Positions 18,533 to 28,213 of a stretch of 64,000 bases of DNA are shown here, in pieces; position 1 is the first letter of the stretch, and each line of letters opens with the position of its first letter. Origin of the DNA: Acidimicrobiia bacterium (lineage in GTDB: Bacteria > Actinomycetota > Acidimicrobiia > Spongiisociales > ZC4RG35). The DNA lies in contig OZ244034.1 in assembly GCA_965215185.1 (NCBI GenBank), forward strand, positions 2,816,001 to 2,880,000, given 5' to 3'. The translations under genes and the position numbers were made by a program. The notes below the pieces were generated by a model, which was not told where the DNA came from, made no database searches, and was given only the letters and a program-made list of their open reading frames with translations.

Positions 18533-20206
18533 ATGTCTTTGAAGATTCATTCCCAAGATGTAACCGAAGGTCCGGCCCGCGCCGGGGCCCGCGCCATGTT
18601 GCGGGCGGTGGGTCTCTCCGACGAGGATTTCACCAAGCCTCAGGTGGGGGTGGTTTCAGCGGGTAACGAAGTCACTCCCTGCAACATCACCGGCCCGGCT
18701 CTTGCCGAACGGGCCAAGGAAGGGGTTCGTGTCGGAGGAGGAGTGGGGCTGGCCTTCGCCACCATCGCGGTGTCCGACGGCATTTCCATGGGCCATGAAG
18801 GGATGCGGGCCTCTCTCGTCTCCCGGGAGGTAATCGCCGATTCGGTGGAATTGGTGGCCCACGCTGAGCGGTTCGATGCCCTGGTGACCATAGCGGGATG
18901 TGACAAGTCCCTTCCCGGCATGCTGATGGCGGCGGCTCGTTCCAATTTGCCTGCGGTGTTTCTGTACGGTGGGTCGAGCCTGCCTGGTCGCTATCGGGGT
19001 AGGGACATCTCCATCGTCGATGTATTCGAAGGGATCGGCGCCGAATCCCAAGGACGGATCAGCCCCGAGGAGCTTGACCAGATCGAGCGCAATGCCTGCC
19101 CCGGCGCCGGTTCCTGCGCGGGGATGTTCACCGCCAACACCATGGCGTCGGTGGGAGAGGCGATCGGGATGTCGCTTCCCGGTTCGGCCTCTGTGCCAGC
19201 AGTGGACACTCGGCTGGGGGTGTACGCCCGCCGAAGTGGTGAAGCGGTGATGGAACTGCTCAAACAGAGGACCCGTCCCCGCCAGATCATGACTCGTCCC
19301 GCTTTTGAGAACGCCATCACCACTGTCATGGCCTTGGGTGGCTCCACCAACGCGGTGTTGCATCTTATGGCGCTTGCTCATGAAGCGGGTGTCGACCTGG
19401 AGCTGGAAGCCTTTGACGTAATCAGTCGCCGGACTCCCCATGTCGGTGACTTGAAGCCATTCGGGACCTACCACATGGTGGATATCGACAGGATCGGGGG
19501 TATTCCGGTGGTTCTGCGATCTCTACTGGATGAGGGACTATTGCATGGTGATGTCCTCACCGTGACGGGCAAGACCATGGCCGAGAATCTGGCTTCGGTG
19601 ACGGTCCCCACCGACCAGGATGTATTACGCGCCTGTTCGGACCCCATCGCTTCGGAGGGAGGGATCGCCGTGCTGCGGGGTTCCCTGGCGCCCAAGGGAG
19701 CGGTGGTCAAAGTAGCCGGGGTGGCATTGGAGGTATTCGAAGGCCCGGCCCGGGTTTTCAACGGGGAACAGGGTGCCTTGGCGGAACTGTTTTCGGGAAA
19801 TATCCGTCCTGGGCAGGTGGTGGTGATCCGCACCGAGGGCCCGCGGGGCGGTCCGGGGATGCGGGAAATGTTGGCCATCACCGCCGCTATCAAGGGAGCC
19901 GGGTTGGGATCGGATGTGCTGCTGATCACCGACGGGCGTTTCTCGGGCGGCACCACCGGCTTGTGTATCGGTCATGTGGCGCCCGAGTCGGAAGTGGGAG
20001 GGCCGATCGGCCTGGTGGAGGAGGGCGACCGGATCCGGGTGGATGTGGCCGCCCGGCGGCTGGATCTCCTGGTGGAGGACGATGTTTTGGAAAAGAGAAG
20101 GGCAGGCTGGAAGCCGGCCCCGGTCCGCTATCCCTCCGGCGCTCTCGCCAAGTATGCCAACCTGGTGGGCGGAGCGGAGAGCGGAGCCGTTACCAACCAC
20201 TTCTGA
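18533..20206 (+). CDS. ilvD: Dihydroxy-acid dehydratase
   Basis: 'TPCN', 'SDGISMG', 'GCDKSLPG', '[12 protein letters not shown]', 'GGSTNA', 'TDGRFSG'. Confidence 0.97.
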   Translation: MSLKIHSQDVTEGPARAGARAMLRAVGLSDEDFTKPQVGVVSAGNEVTPCNITGPALAERAKEGVRVGGGVGLAFATIAVSDGISMGHEGMRASLVSREVIADSVELVAHAERFDALVTIAGCDKSLPGMLMAAARSNLPAVFLYGGSSLPGRYRGRDISIVDVFEGIGAESQGRISPEELDQIERNACPGAGSCAGMFTANTMASVGEAIGMSLPGSASVPAVDTRLGVYARRSGEAVMELLKQRTRPRQIMTRPAFENAITTVMALGGSTNAVLHLMALAHEAGVDLELEAFDVISRRTPHVGDLKPFGTYHMVDIDRIGGIPVVLRSLLDEGLLHGDVLTVTGKTMAENLASVTVPTDQDVLRACSDPIASEGGIAVLRGSLAPKGAVVKVAGVALEVFEGPARVFNGEQGALAELFSGNIRPGQVVVIRTEGPRGGPGMREMLAITAAIKGAGLGSDVLLITDGRFSGGTTGLCIGHVAPESEVGGPIGLVEEGDRIRVDVAARRLDLLVEDDVLEKRRAGWKPAPVRYPSGALAKYANLVGGAESGAVTNHF

Positions 20207-20212
20207 GCGGCC

Positions 20213-21016
20213 TTGTTGTTGGTGTCCGACATCCATGGCCGCTTCGGCGCCTTGGCGGAAGTTGCGTCCCGGGGGGAACCCCTTCTGATATTGGGCGACC
20301 TGATCAATTTGGTGGATTACCGCACAGGGGAAGGTATTTTTGCCCAAGTGCTGGGCATTGAATTCGCTCGGAGCATCGCCGCCTCCCGGGGAGGCGGCCG
20401 TTTCGAGGAAATGCGAAACCTCTGGGCGGAGAAAGTGGGTGACCGATCCGAGTGGTTTCGAGCGGCGATGGCCCAGGAAGTCCGAGAACAATACCGGATG
20501 ATGTCGAAGGCTTTGGCTGGCGCCCAATCGTATGTCACCTATGGAAACGTCGATCGACCGGACATCCTGAGAGAGAGTTTGCCTCAGGGAGCGCGGTTTA
20601 TGGATGGGGAAGTGGTGGTGATTGAGGGACTGAGGGTGGGTTTCGCCGGCGGGGGGTTGACCACTCCCATGAACGCTTCCGGAGAGGTTTCCGACCAGGA
20701 GATGACCGACAAACTGGCCGCATTGGGAGAGGTGGATGTCCTTTGCACTCACCTGGCTCCGGCTATACCGGCTCTTCATTTCGACGTAGTTACCGGAAAG
20801 TATGAGCGGGCCTCCCGCCCGGTTCTCGACTACCTACTACAGGTTCGACCGCGCTACCACTTCTTTGGAGATGTACACCAACCCCAAGCTCACCAATGGC
20901 GGGTAGGCTCAACGCTGTGTCGCAATGTGGGGTACTTTCGAGCAACACGTCGCCCGGTGAGAGTTACCAAGCACGGAGTGACGGAGGCCCAACGGGCGCA
21001 GGTCAACCATGGATAA
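20213..21016 (+). CDS. Metallophosphoesterase
   Basis: 'SDIHG', 'LGDL', 'GNVD', 'CTH', 'GDVH'. Confidence 0.85.
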   Translation: MLLVSDIHGRFGALAEVASRGEPLLILGDLINLVDYRTGEGIFAQVLGIEFARSIAASRGGGRFEEMRNLWAEKVGDRSEWFRAAMAQEVREQYRMMSKALAGAQSYVTYGNVDRPDILRESLPQGARFMDGEVVVIEGLRVGFAGGGLTTPMNASGEVSDQEMTDKLAALGEVDVLCTHLAPAIPALHFDVVTGKYERASRPVLDYLLQVRPRYHFFGDVHQPQAHQWRVGSTLCRNVGYFRATRRPVRVTKHGVTEAQRAQVNHG

Positions 21017-21383
21017 GGTGGTGAAGATGCTGAGGGGATTGGTCTCCTCCCTGCCTCAGATCGTCAAATTGTTGACGAGACTGGCTCGCGATCCCCGGGT
21101 CCCGGTGCGGGCCAAACGCCTGGCGGCCGGGTTGGCGGCCTACGCGATCCTGCCCATCGATCTGGCGCCGGATTGGATACCGGTACTGGGCCTGGCCGAT
21201 GATCTGCTGGCGGTGATGGTGGGAATGGCGGTGCTCATCGAGTCAGCGCCCCGGGAAGTGGTGGCCGAACATTGGGATGGGGAGCCGGAGGTGTTGGGGC
21301 GGATAGTTGTGGGGGCGGGACTGTTGATGGACTTTTTGCCAAGACGGGTGCGGTGGGTGATGAGGAGGCTGATTGGAGAATGA
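21009..21383 (+). CDS. YkvA/DUF1232 family protein
   Basis: 'DPRVP', 'YAILPIDLAPDWIPVLGLADD'. Confidence 0.9.
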   Translation: MDKVVKMLRGLVSSLPQIVKLLTRLARDPRVPVRAKRLAAGLAAYAILPIDLAPDWIPVLGLADDLLAVMVGMAVLIESAPREVVAEHWDGEPEVLGRIVVGAGLLMDFLPRRVRWVMRRLIGE

Positions 21384-21393
21384 CCCCCTCCGA

Positions 21394-22158
21394 ATGAAAC
21401 TCCCGATCTGGACGGTTCTGCCTCTCTTCCAGCCTTCTCCTCAAGAAATAGTCGGGATGGTCGCAGCCGCCGAGTCGTTCGGGCTAACCGGGGTGCTGGC
21501 CACTGATCATCTGGCCGGTTGGCGACAACCATCCGACCCGGTCTTGGAAGCCACCACCGTGCTGGGCATGGCGGCGGCCGTAGCCGGATGCCGAGTGGGT
21601 TCCCTGGTGCTGCAGAGCGGGCTTCGGTCGCCCTCCTATACGGCCCGGGTGGTGGAAACCCTGGCGGCTATCTGCCGGGCCCCACCGTTGATCGGCTTGG
21701 GGATGGGAGATACCCGTTCCCAACGGGAGGCAGGCCGCTTGGGGATGGCTCATCCTCTGCTGCGGGAACGATTCGCTCTCTTGAGACAGACCATCGCGGC
21801 GGTTCGTTCCCGAACTCCCGGCGCCGAAATTTGGGTGGGAGGATGGCGGCCGGAGATCTTGGAGTTGGCCGCCGAACTGGCCGACGGCTGGAATGGGTGG
21901 GGAGGAGAAGTCTCCGCCTTCGAGGCAGCGGCTGCACAGATAAGACATATCAATCCCGCCGTACAGGTCAGTTGGGGCGGCCTGCTCGACACCTCTTTAC
22001 CCCTGAGCGTCCTCCACAGTGCCCTGCTGCGAAGGGTGGAAGCCGGCGCCCAATCTTTGGTGGTGGCGCTCACTCCGCCTCGGGTCGCAACTTTTCGCCG
22101 GTGGGCGCCTCCCATTCTGGGCCATTCTTTCTTCCAACCCGCCGCCGGTCGCTATTAA
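21394..22158 (+). CDS. LLM-class flavin-dependent oxidoreductase
   Basis: 'AAESFG..ATDH', 'RVGSLV', 'GLGMG', 'IWVGG..LAAELADGWN'. Confidence 0.8.
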   Translation: MKLPIWTVLPLFQPSPQEIVGMVAAAESFGLTGVLATDHLAGWRQPSDPVLEATTVLGMAAAVAGCRVGSLVLQSGLRSPSYTARVVETLAAICRAPPLIGLGMGDTRSQREAGRLGMAHPLLRERFALLRQTIAAVRSRTPGAEIWVGGWRPEILELAAELADGWNGWGGEVSAFEAAAAQIRHINPAVQVSWGGLLDTSLPLSVLHSALLRRVEAGAQSLVVALTPPRVATFRRWAPPILGHSFFQPAAGRY

Positions 22159-22168
22159 CCTGGGGCCA

Positions 22169-23341
22169 ATGGACTTTCGACGTATTCACGATTTACCACC
22201 CTATGTGTTCGCTCAGGTGGACCAGGCGAAGATTGCCGCCCGCCGAGCGGGAGAAGATGTGGTGGATCTCGGTTTTGGAAACCCCGACATACCATCGCCG
22301 CCGTTTGTGGTCGAAAAACTCGTGGAAGCGGCCCGCAAGGGGAAAAACCACCGCTACTCCTCATCGCGGGGTCTACCCAACCTCCGGCAGGCCATCACCG
22401 ACCTCTATCACCGTCGGTTCGGGGTCCAACTCGATCCCGAAACCCAGGCGGTGGCGACCATCGGCGCCAAGGAAGGCTTATCCCATTTGATGTGGACCTT
22501 GGTGGACTCGGGAGATACGACGGTGGTTCCGGAACCATCCTATCCAATCCACATTTACGCTCCGGTGCTGGCCGGTTCCGATGTGGTGCGTCTTCCGGTT
22601 GATTCGGAGTCCGAGTACTTCGAGAGGCTGGAAGATTTGTTCCGCTCCTCGTGGCCCAAGCCGAAGGTGATCATCGTTTCCTTCCCGCACAACCCCACCA
22701 CCACCTGCGTCGATCTGGCTTTCTTTGAGCGTTTGGTGGCCTTCGCCCATCACCACGGGGTGTTCCTGGTTCACGACTTCGCATACGCCGATCTCCATTT
22801 CGATGGTTATCAGCCTCCCTCGCTTCTACAGGTGGAAGGCGCCGAGGAGGTGGGCGTGGAGTTGTACAGCATGACCAAGGGGCATTCCATGCCGGGTTGG
22901 AGGATGGGATTTGTGGTGGGCAACTCCCCCGCGGTGGCGGCTTTGGCCAAACTCAAGTCATATCTCGACTATGGCACTTTCCAGCCCATTCAGATCGCCT
23001 CCATCGTTGCCATCAACTTGGGGGACGAATATGTCGATGAGGTGCGAGCAATCTACGCCGATCGGCGCGATGCTCTGGTGGAGGGCCTCAACAACTCCGG
23101 CTGGAAGGTGCTGCGGCCGCGGGGCACCATGTTCGTGTGGGCGCCCATTCCCGAGCCGTACATAGATATGGGATCGGTGGACTTCGCATTGCATCTGCTG
23201 CGGGAGTCGAAGGTGGCGGTCAGCCCCGGCGTCGGATTCGGCCCCAGCGGAGACAATCATGTCCGTTTCGCTTTGGTTGAGAACCGCCAGCGGATCCTCC
23301 AAGCCGTGGCCAATATGCGTCGTACCCTCGAACTTCTCTGA
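22169..23341 (+). CDS. Class I/II aminotransferase (AlaC-like)
   Basis: 'LPPYVF', 'GNPD', 'YSSSRG', 'FPHNPT', 'DFAY', PLP lysine 'SMTK..MPGWRMG'. Confidence 0.9.
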   Translation: MDFRRIHDLPPYVFAQVDQAKIAARRAGEDVVDLGFGNPDIPSPPFVVEKLVEAARKGKNHRYSSSRGLPNLRQAITDLYHRRFGVQLDPETQAVATIGAKEGLSHLMWTLVDSGDTTVVPEPSYPIHIYAPVLAGSDVVRLPVDSESEYFERLEDLFRSSWPKPKVIIVSFPHNPTTTCVDLAFFERLVAFAHHHGVFLVHDFAYADLHFDGYQPPSLLQVEGAEEVGVELYSMTKGHSMPGWRMGFVVGNSPAVAALAKLKSYLDYGTFQPIQIASIVAINLGDEYVDEVRAIYADRRDALVEGLNNSGWKVLRPRGTMFVWAPIPEPYIDMGSVDFALHLLRESKVAVSPGVGFGPSGDNHVRFALVENRQRILQAVANMRRTLELL

Positions 23342-23344
23342 GTA

Positions 23345-24379
23345 ATGGCATTTCCTGACGGTACCGCCGACTTTCGTTCCGACACCGTTACCCGCCCGAC
23401 CCCGCAGATGCGGCGGGCTATGGCGGAGGCGGCGGTGGGTGATGATGTCTATTCGGACGATCCCACTGTCAATGCTCTGGAGGAGGAGGCGGCTTCGATC
23501 ATGGACAAAGAGGCGGCGTTGCTCACTCCCACCGGGACCATGGGCAATCAACTGGGGCTGATGCTTCAAACCCGGCGAGGAGAAGAAGTGCTGTGTGACG
23601 CCGGGGCGCATCTGCGCAATGTCGAGGCGGGCGCGGGTTCGGCGTTGTCGGGAGTGGCTTTTCGTTCGGTTGACGCACCAGCTGGACGGATTTCCCCCGC
23701 CCATGTCGATGAGGCCATGCAGCTGGCGGGTCGCCTATTTCCCCGGATCGGGCTGATGGTGTGGGAAAACACCCACAACCTGTCGGGGGGTCGGGTGATT
23801 CCGGTTGAGGTGATGGCCGAGGCCAACCAGACCGCTCGGCTTCACGGCCTCTCTATCCATCTTGACGGGGCGCGGGTTTTCAACGCGGCAGTGGCGGCAA
23901 ATGTCCCGCCGGCTCGTATCGGCGAGGGAGTGGACACGGTGCAGTTCTGTTTCTCCAAAGGTTTGGGCGCGCCGGTGGGCTCCATACTGTGCGGACCGGC
24001 GGATTTGATTGCCGAGGGCCGGTATCTGCGCAAGAGACTGGGAGGCGGGATGCGGCAGGCCGGCATCATCGCCGCCCCGGCCCGGATTGCCCTGCGGGAC
24101 TGGCCCCGGCTCTCCGACGACCACCACTTGGCAGCGCGGCTGGCTTTCGGCCTGGCTGATCGACATCCTGCCGCGGTGGATCCCCAGGCAACCGAGACCA
24201 ACATGGTGCGGGTGGAGGTGGACAATCTTCGGGGAGGGTGGGATCCCATCCGTCCCCGACTCGTCAAGGCCGGCATTCTCTTCAACGGTCCTTTCGCCGG
24301 TTCCCTGCGGATTGTCACTCATCGGGATGTGGACGCTGACGACGTAGATCGACTGTTGGCGGCCTTCGCACCTAATTGA
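23345..24379 (+). CDS. ltaE: Low-specificity L-threonine aldolase
   Basis: 'DFRSDTVT', 'GTMGN', 'ENTHN', 'HLDGAR', 'CFSKGLGAPVG', 'GGGMRQAG'. Confidence 0.92.
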   Translation: MAFPDGTADFRSDTVTRPTPQMRRAMAEAAVGDDVYSDDPTVNALEEEAASIMDKEAALLTPTGTMGNQLGLMLQTRRGEEVLCDAGAHLRNVEAGAGSALSGVAFRSVDAPAGRISPAHVDEAMQLAGRLFPRIGLMVWENTHNLSGGRVIPVEVMAEANQTARLHGLSIHLDGARVFNAAVAANVPPARIGEGVDTVQFCFSKGLGAPVGSILCGPADLIAEGRYLRKRLGGGMRQAGIIAAPARIALRDWPRLSDDHHLAARLAFGLADRHPAAVDPQATETNMVRVEVDNLRGGWDPIRPRLVKAGILFNGPFAGSLRIVTHRDVDADDVDRLLAAFAPN

Positions 24380-24423
24380 GTGGGTAACCCGAGTCCCACC
24401 GAGTCGGTCATACTGTCAACGCC

Positions 24424-25365
24424 ATGAAATACGCAGTGCTTTTTCCCGGCCAGGGAAGCCAATTCGTTGGGATGGGCGCCGACTTGTTCGACGCTCGACC
24501 TGATCTGTTGGGCGACCGGGTGGACCGGTTACTGGGTTGGTCCCTGCGCCAACTCTGTTTGGAGGGACCCGAAGAGCTGCTGGTTCGGACCGAACGGGCG
24601 CAGCCCGCCCTGTTCTGTCTCTCCTATGCCTTGTGGCAGGAGTTGGAGCGTCGGCTCTCTTCGCCTCCCGCTGCCGCCGCCGGTCACTCCTTGGGGGAGT
24701 ACACCGCTTTGGCCGCGGCGGGGGTGCTTGGATTTGATGAGGCCCTTTCGGTGGTGGCGGCCAGAGGACTGGCCATGGCCGAGGCCGCCGATGCTGAGGA
24801 TTCGGGGATGATGGCGTTAATGGGGGTGACCGGCGAGCGGGCCGAGGAGATCGCTCGCGCCCGCCGCGCTGACGGAGGGAGGCTGGTGGTTGCCAATCTC
24901 AACGCTCCCGGACAGGTGGTGATGGCCGGTGGAGATTCGGACCTGGACTGGTTGGAATCCCAGGGACGAAGCCTGCGACTGCGGAGGATGGTGCGCCTGG
25001 CGGTGGCGGGTGCCTTTCACTCCGGTTTCATGGCCGCGGCCGCCCACCAGGTGGGGATTGCCTTGCAGTCTGTAAACGCCCTTGCTCCCCGCTTTCCCGT
25101 GTACGCTAACGTCAGTGGCGAGTCCGTAGACGAAGACCGCATCGCCGAGTCACTGGTGACTCAGGTTTGTTCTCCGGTGAGGTTTGCTGACAGCCTCACG
25201 GCGATGGCCGAGCAGGGAGTGGACGTTTTTGTGCATGTCGGTCCTGGCAAGGTAGCTGCAGGTTTGGCTAAGCGCACCGTCCCATCGGCTACTGTGCTGG
25301 TGGTAAATGATCTCGCCGGAGCGGAAAAGGCGGCCAAATCCTTATCTAGCATGGGACGTTCGTGA
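24424..25365 (+). CDS. fabD: Malonyl-CoA:ACP transacylase
   Basis: 'FPGQGSQ', 'GHSLGEY', 'GAFHS'. Confidence 0.95.
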   Translation: MKYAVLFPGQGSQFVGMGADLFDARPDLLGDRVDRLLGWSLRQLCLEGPEELLVRTERAQPALFCLSYALWQELERRLSSPPAAAAGHSLGEYTALAAAGVLGFDEALSVVAARGLAMAEAADAEDSGMMALMGVTGERAEEIARARRADGGRLVVANLNAPGQVVMAGGDSDLDWLESQGRSLRLRRMVRLAVAGAFHSGFMAAAAHQVGIALQSVNALAPRFPVYANVSGESVDEDRIAESLVTQVCSPVRFADSLTAMAEQGVDVFVHVGPGKVAAGLAKRTVPSATVLVVNDLAGAEKAAKSLSSMGRS

Positions 25366-25377
25366 GGAAAGTGATTT

Positions 25378-26469
25378 ATGCCTAGGGCCGCTATAACCGG
25401 ATGGGGCAGTTGTGTTCCCCCCACCGTGCTGAGTAACGCCGATCTTGAAGCGATGATGGACACCTCCGATGAGTGGATAACCGTTCGCTCTGGGATAAAA
25501 GAGCGGCGTATAAGCCATGTGGAACCCTCGGATATGGCGGCAGTGGCCAGCCAGCATGCCTTGGCCGGTGCTGACCTGACCATCGAGGACATCGATCTGA
25601 TCGTCCTTGCCTCTTGCACTTCCAACTCGATCGTCCCCGCTACTGCGGCTCATGTACATCGGTTGCTGGATGCACCGGTCTCCACTGCTGCCTTCGACCT
25701 GAACGCCAATTGCTCGGGTTTTGTCTATTCGTTGATAACCGCCTCCAAAATGATCGAATCCGGGATGCATTCCAGAGTGTTGGTGGTCGCCGCCGAGCGT
25801 CTCAGCGCCCTGATCGATTTCACCGACCGGTCCACCGCGGTGCTCTTCGGTGATGCCGCCGGCGCGGTGGTGTTGGAGGCCACCGAAGAGGATCACGGCC
25901 TGCTGTCAGGGTGTATGCAGATGGATTCCTCGGCTCTCCACTACCTGGAGGTGAGCGAAGACGGCCTGAGTCGGATGCCGGAACGTCATTTGGAGGCTGC
26001 GTACGGTGGGATCTCTATGAACGGGCGTGAGGTGTTCCGGCGAGCAGTGATGGCGATGGGAGGTCTGTCGGTGAGAGCGGTCGCAGAGGCCGGTCTGGAG
26101 TTGGACGATGTGGACTTGCTTATACCCCATCAGGCCAACATCCGGATTATCGACGCCACCGCCAAACGACTGAAGCTTCCTTCCGAAAAGGTCTATACCA
26201 ATATTCACGCCTACGGGAATACTTCCGCAGCCACTATTCCGGTGGCACTGTGCGAGGCATTGGAACAGGGCCATATCTCGCCGGGATCCCATGTGGTGTT
26301 TACTGCCTTCGGAGGCGGGTTGACCTCCGCGGCGGCCCTGGTACGGTGGGGAGACCGCACCGAGCCATTGAAGCGAAGCGATGCCGCTCTTGCTCCGACC
26401 GACCGGAGCCTCATGGAATTGCTGGAAGCGAATTTCCAGGTGTATGGGCGGCCGGAGAAAACAAAGTGA
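25378..26469 (+). CDS. fabH: 3-oxoacyl-ACP synthase III
   Basis: 'ANCSGF', 'LFGD', 'PHQANIRI', 'YGNTSAA', 'FGGGLT'. Confidence 0.95.
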   Translation: MPRAAITGWGSCVPPTVLSNADLEAMMDTSDEWITVRSGIKERRISHVEPSDMAAVASQHALAGADLTIEDIDLIVLASCTSNSIVPATAAHVHRLLDAPVSTAAFDLNANCSGFVYSLITASKMIESGMHSRVLVVAAERLSALIDFTDRSTAVLFGDAAGAVVLEATEEDHGLLSGCMQMDSSALHYLEVSEDGLSRMPERHLEAAYGGISMNGREVFRRAVMAMGGLSVRAVAEAGLELDDVDLLIPHQANIRIIDATAKRLKLPSEKVYTNIHAYGNTSAATIPVALCEALEQGHISPGSHVVFTAFGGGLTSAAALVRWGDRTEPLKRSDAALAPTDRSLMELLEANFQVYGRPEKTK

Positions 26470-27200
26470 GCCGGGTGGCCCTGGTTACGGGAGGGTCGCG
26501 AGGGATAGGGCGGTCGATCTGCATAGAGATGGCCGACCGGGGCTGTCGGGTGGCGGTGAATTACGCTCATCGTTCTGACGCGGCCCAGGATGTGGTTGAG
26601 GCCATCAGAGGGATGGGAGGAGAGGCACTTGCCATCGGCGCCGATGTCTCGGACGCCGACCAGGTGAGCGAAATGTTCAAAGAAGTGAACTCGTCTTTGG
26701 GGGCGGTGGCGGTGCTGGTCAACAATGCGGGGATTACCCGGGACGGTTTGCTGGCTCGCATGCGACCCGAAGCGTTCGATGAGGTGATCGCGGTCAATCT
26801 GCGTTCGGCCTATTTATGCACACGGGGGGCCTTGCGGGGGATGTTGCGCGCCCGATGGGGGAGAGTGATTTGCATAAGCTCGGTGGCGGGGGTGAGCGGT
26901 AATCCAGGCCAGGCCAACTATGCCGCGGCCAAGGCCGGGATGATTGGATTCGCCAAGTCGGTGGCGCGCGAAGTGGGCTCGCGGGGAATAACGGTCAATG
27001 TGGTGGCGCCGGGTTTTATCTCCACTGACATGACTGCTGCCCTAGGGGATGCGGCTGCCGAGGCCACCTCCGCGGGCGCGGCGCTGGGCAGAGTGGGTCA
27101 GCCTTCCGAAGTCGCCAAGGTGGTTGGCTTTCTGGGCTCTGACGACGCCTCTTACGTAACAGGACAGGTTTGGCAGGTGGACGGGGGCTTGGCTCTGTGA
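26466..27200 (+). CDS. fabG: 3-oxoacyl-ACP reductase
   Basis: 'TGGSRGIG', 'NNAGITRD', 'GQANYAAAK'; GTG overlaps the fabH stop. Confidence 0.95.
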   Translation: MSRVALVTGGSRGIGRSICIEMADRGCRVAVNYAHRSDAAQDVVEAIRGMGGEALAIGADVSDADQVSEMFKEVNSSLGAVAVLVNNAGITRDGLLARMRPEAFDEVIAVNLRSAYLCTRGALRGMLRARWGRVICISSVAGVSGNPGQANYAAAKAGMIGFAKSVAREVGSRGITVNVVAPGFISTDMTAALGDAAAEATSAGAALGRVGQPSEVAKVVGFLGSDDASYVTGQVWQVDGGLAL

Positions 27201-27240
27201 GAAGAGCTTCCCAAACCGAAAGTCGAAAGAAAGGAAAGCA

Positions 27241-27483
27241 ATGAGCGACGACATCGATAGCAGACTGAAGAGAGTCTTGGTTGAAGAACTGGACCTCGAA
27301 GAGGACAAACTGGTGCCGGAGGCCAATTTCGAAGAAGACCTGGATGTCGATTCACTTGGAGTGGTGGAGTTGCTAATGGCGCTGGAGGACGAGTTCGGAG
27401 TGGAGATTCCCGATGAGGAAGCCGAACGGATTACCACGGTGGGTGAAGCCGCGGCGCTGATACACAAGAAGCTGGGGGACTAA
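27241..27483 (+). CDS. acpP: Acyl carrier protein
   Basis: 'DLDVDSLGVVEL..LEDEF', acidic 80 aa. Confidence 0.95.
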   Translation: MSDDIDSRLKRVLVEELDLEEDKLVPEANFEEDLDVDSLGVVELLMALEDEFGVEIPDEEAERITTVGEAAALIHKKLGD

Positions 27484-27503
27484 AGAACCTGCCCCATCCG
27501 ACA

Positions 27504-28037
27504 GTGGTGGTGATCCAAGGGGACCTCACCGCTGCCCAGGTCGATGTGATTGTTAACGCCGCCAACGAACACCTCCGGCACGGAGGCGGGGTGGCGGCGG
27601 CTTTAGCGGCAGTGGGGGGAGAAGAGTTCGTGGAGGACTCGTTTCGATGGGTATCAGAGCACGGGCCGGTTAGGCCTGCAGAGGCAGCGATAACAATCGC
27701 CGGGGGGCTGCCGGCGCGATGGGTGGTTCATGTGGTGGGGCCCCGTTACTGGGAGGAAGGTGACAAACCGGCCCGCCTTCGAGAGGCAGTGCGGGCGGCC
27801 CTGGACTCCTCGGTGACAGTGGGCGCCCGGACCGTGGCGATGCCGGCTATTTCCGCTGGGGTCTTCGGATATCCCCTGGAAGAAGCCACATCGCTGATAG
27901 CCTCCGAATGCGTTGAATGGGTGCAGCAAAACCAGGGCCGGGTGAACCAGATCCAGTTGTTCGGCTACGACCGGCGCTCCGCTCAGGCTTTCCAGGCCGG
28001 TTTGGAGAAGGCGGCTTCCTTGGGTAACAGGAGGTAG
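27504..28037 (+). CDS. Macro domain protein (MacroD/YmdB-like)
   Basis: 'GDLT..DVIVNAAN..L.HGGGV', 'HVVGP', 'MPAISAGVFGYP'. Confidence 0.92.
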   Translation: MVVIQGDLTAAQVDVIVNAANEHLRHGGGVAAALAAVGGEEFVEDSFRWVSEHGPVRPAEAAITIAGGLPARWVVHVVGPRYWEEGDKPARLREAVRAALDSSVTVGARTVAMPAISAGVFGYPLEEATSLIASECVEWVQQNQGRVNQIQLFGYDRRSAQAFQAGLEKAASLGNRR

Positions 28038-28213
28038 CATGGCGACCTGTACCAGTTGGGAAGGGGCAGTTGCTGCGATAAGAGGCACGATTTCTCCCTG
28101 TGATGAGAATGTGCGCCCCCGAACTAGCGTCAGCTGTTAGTGCTGCGGTTCTGGACACTTGGAAGCAGCTTCAGGGAACTGCATCAACCTCGGTCAGGAC
28201 ACCTAGGCAGTAT

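Noticed and set aside
19625-20779. Long antisense or alternative-frame ORFs (also 5860-6843, 21519-22490, 41151-42089)
   Set aside because: They overlap well-supported genes and have no recognisable motifs; expected from GC-rich codon bias
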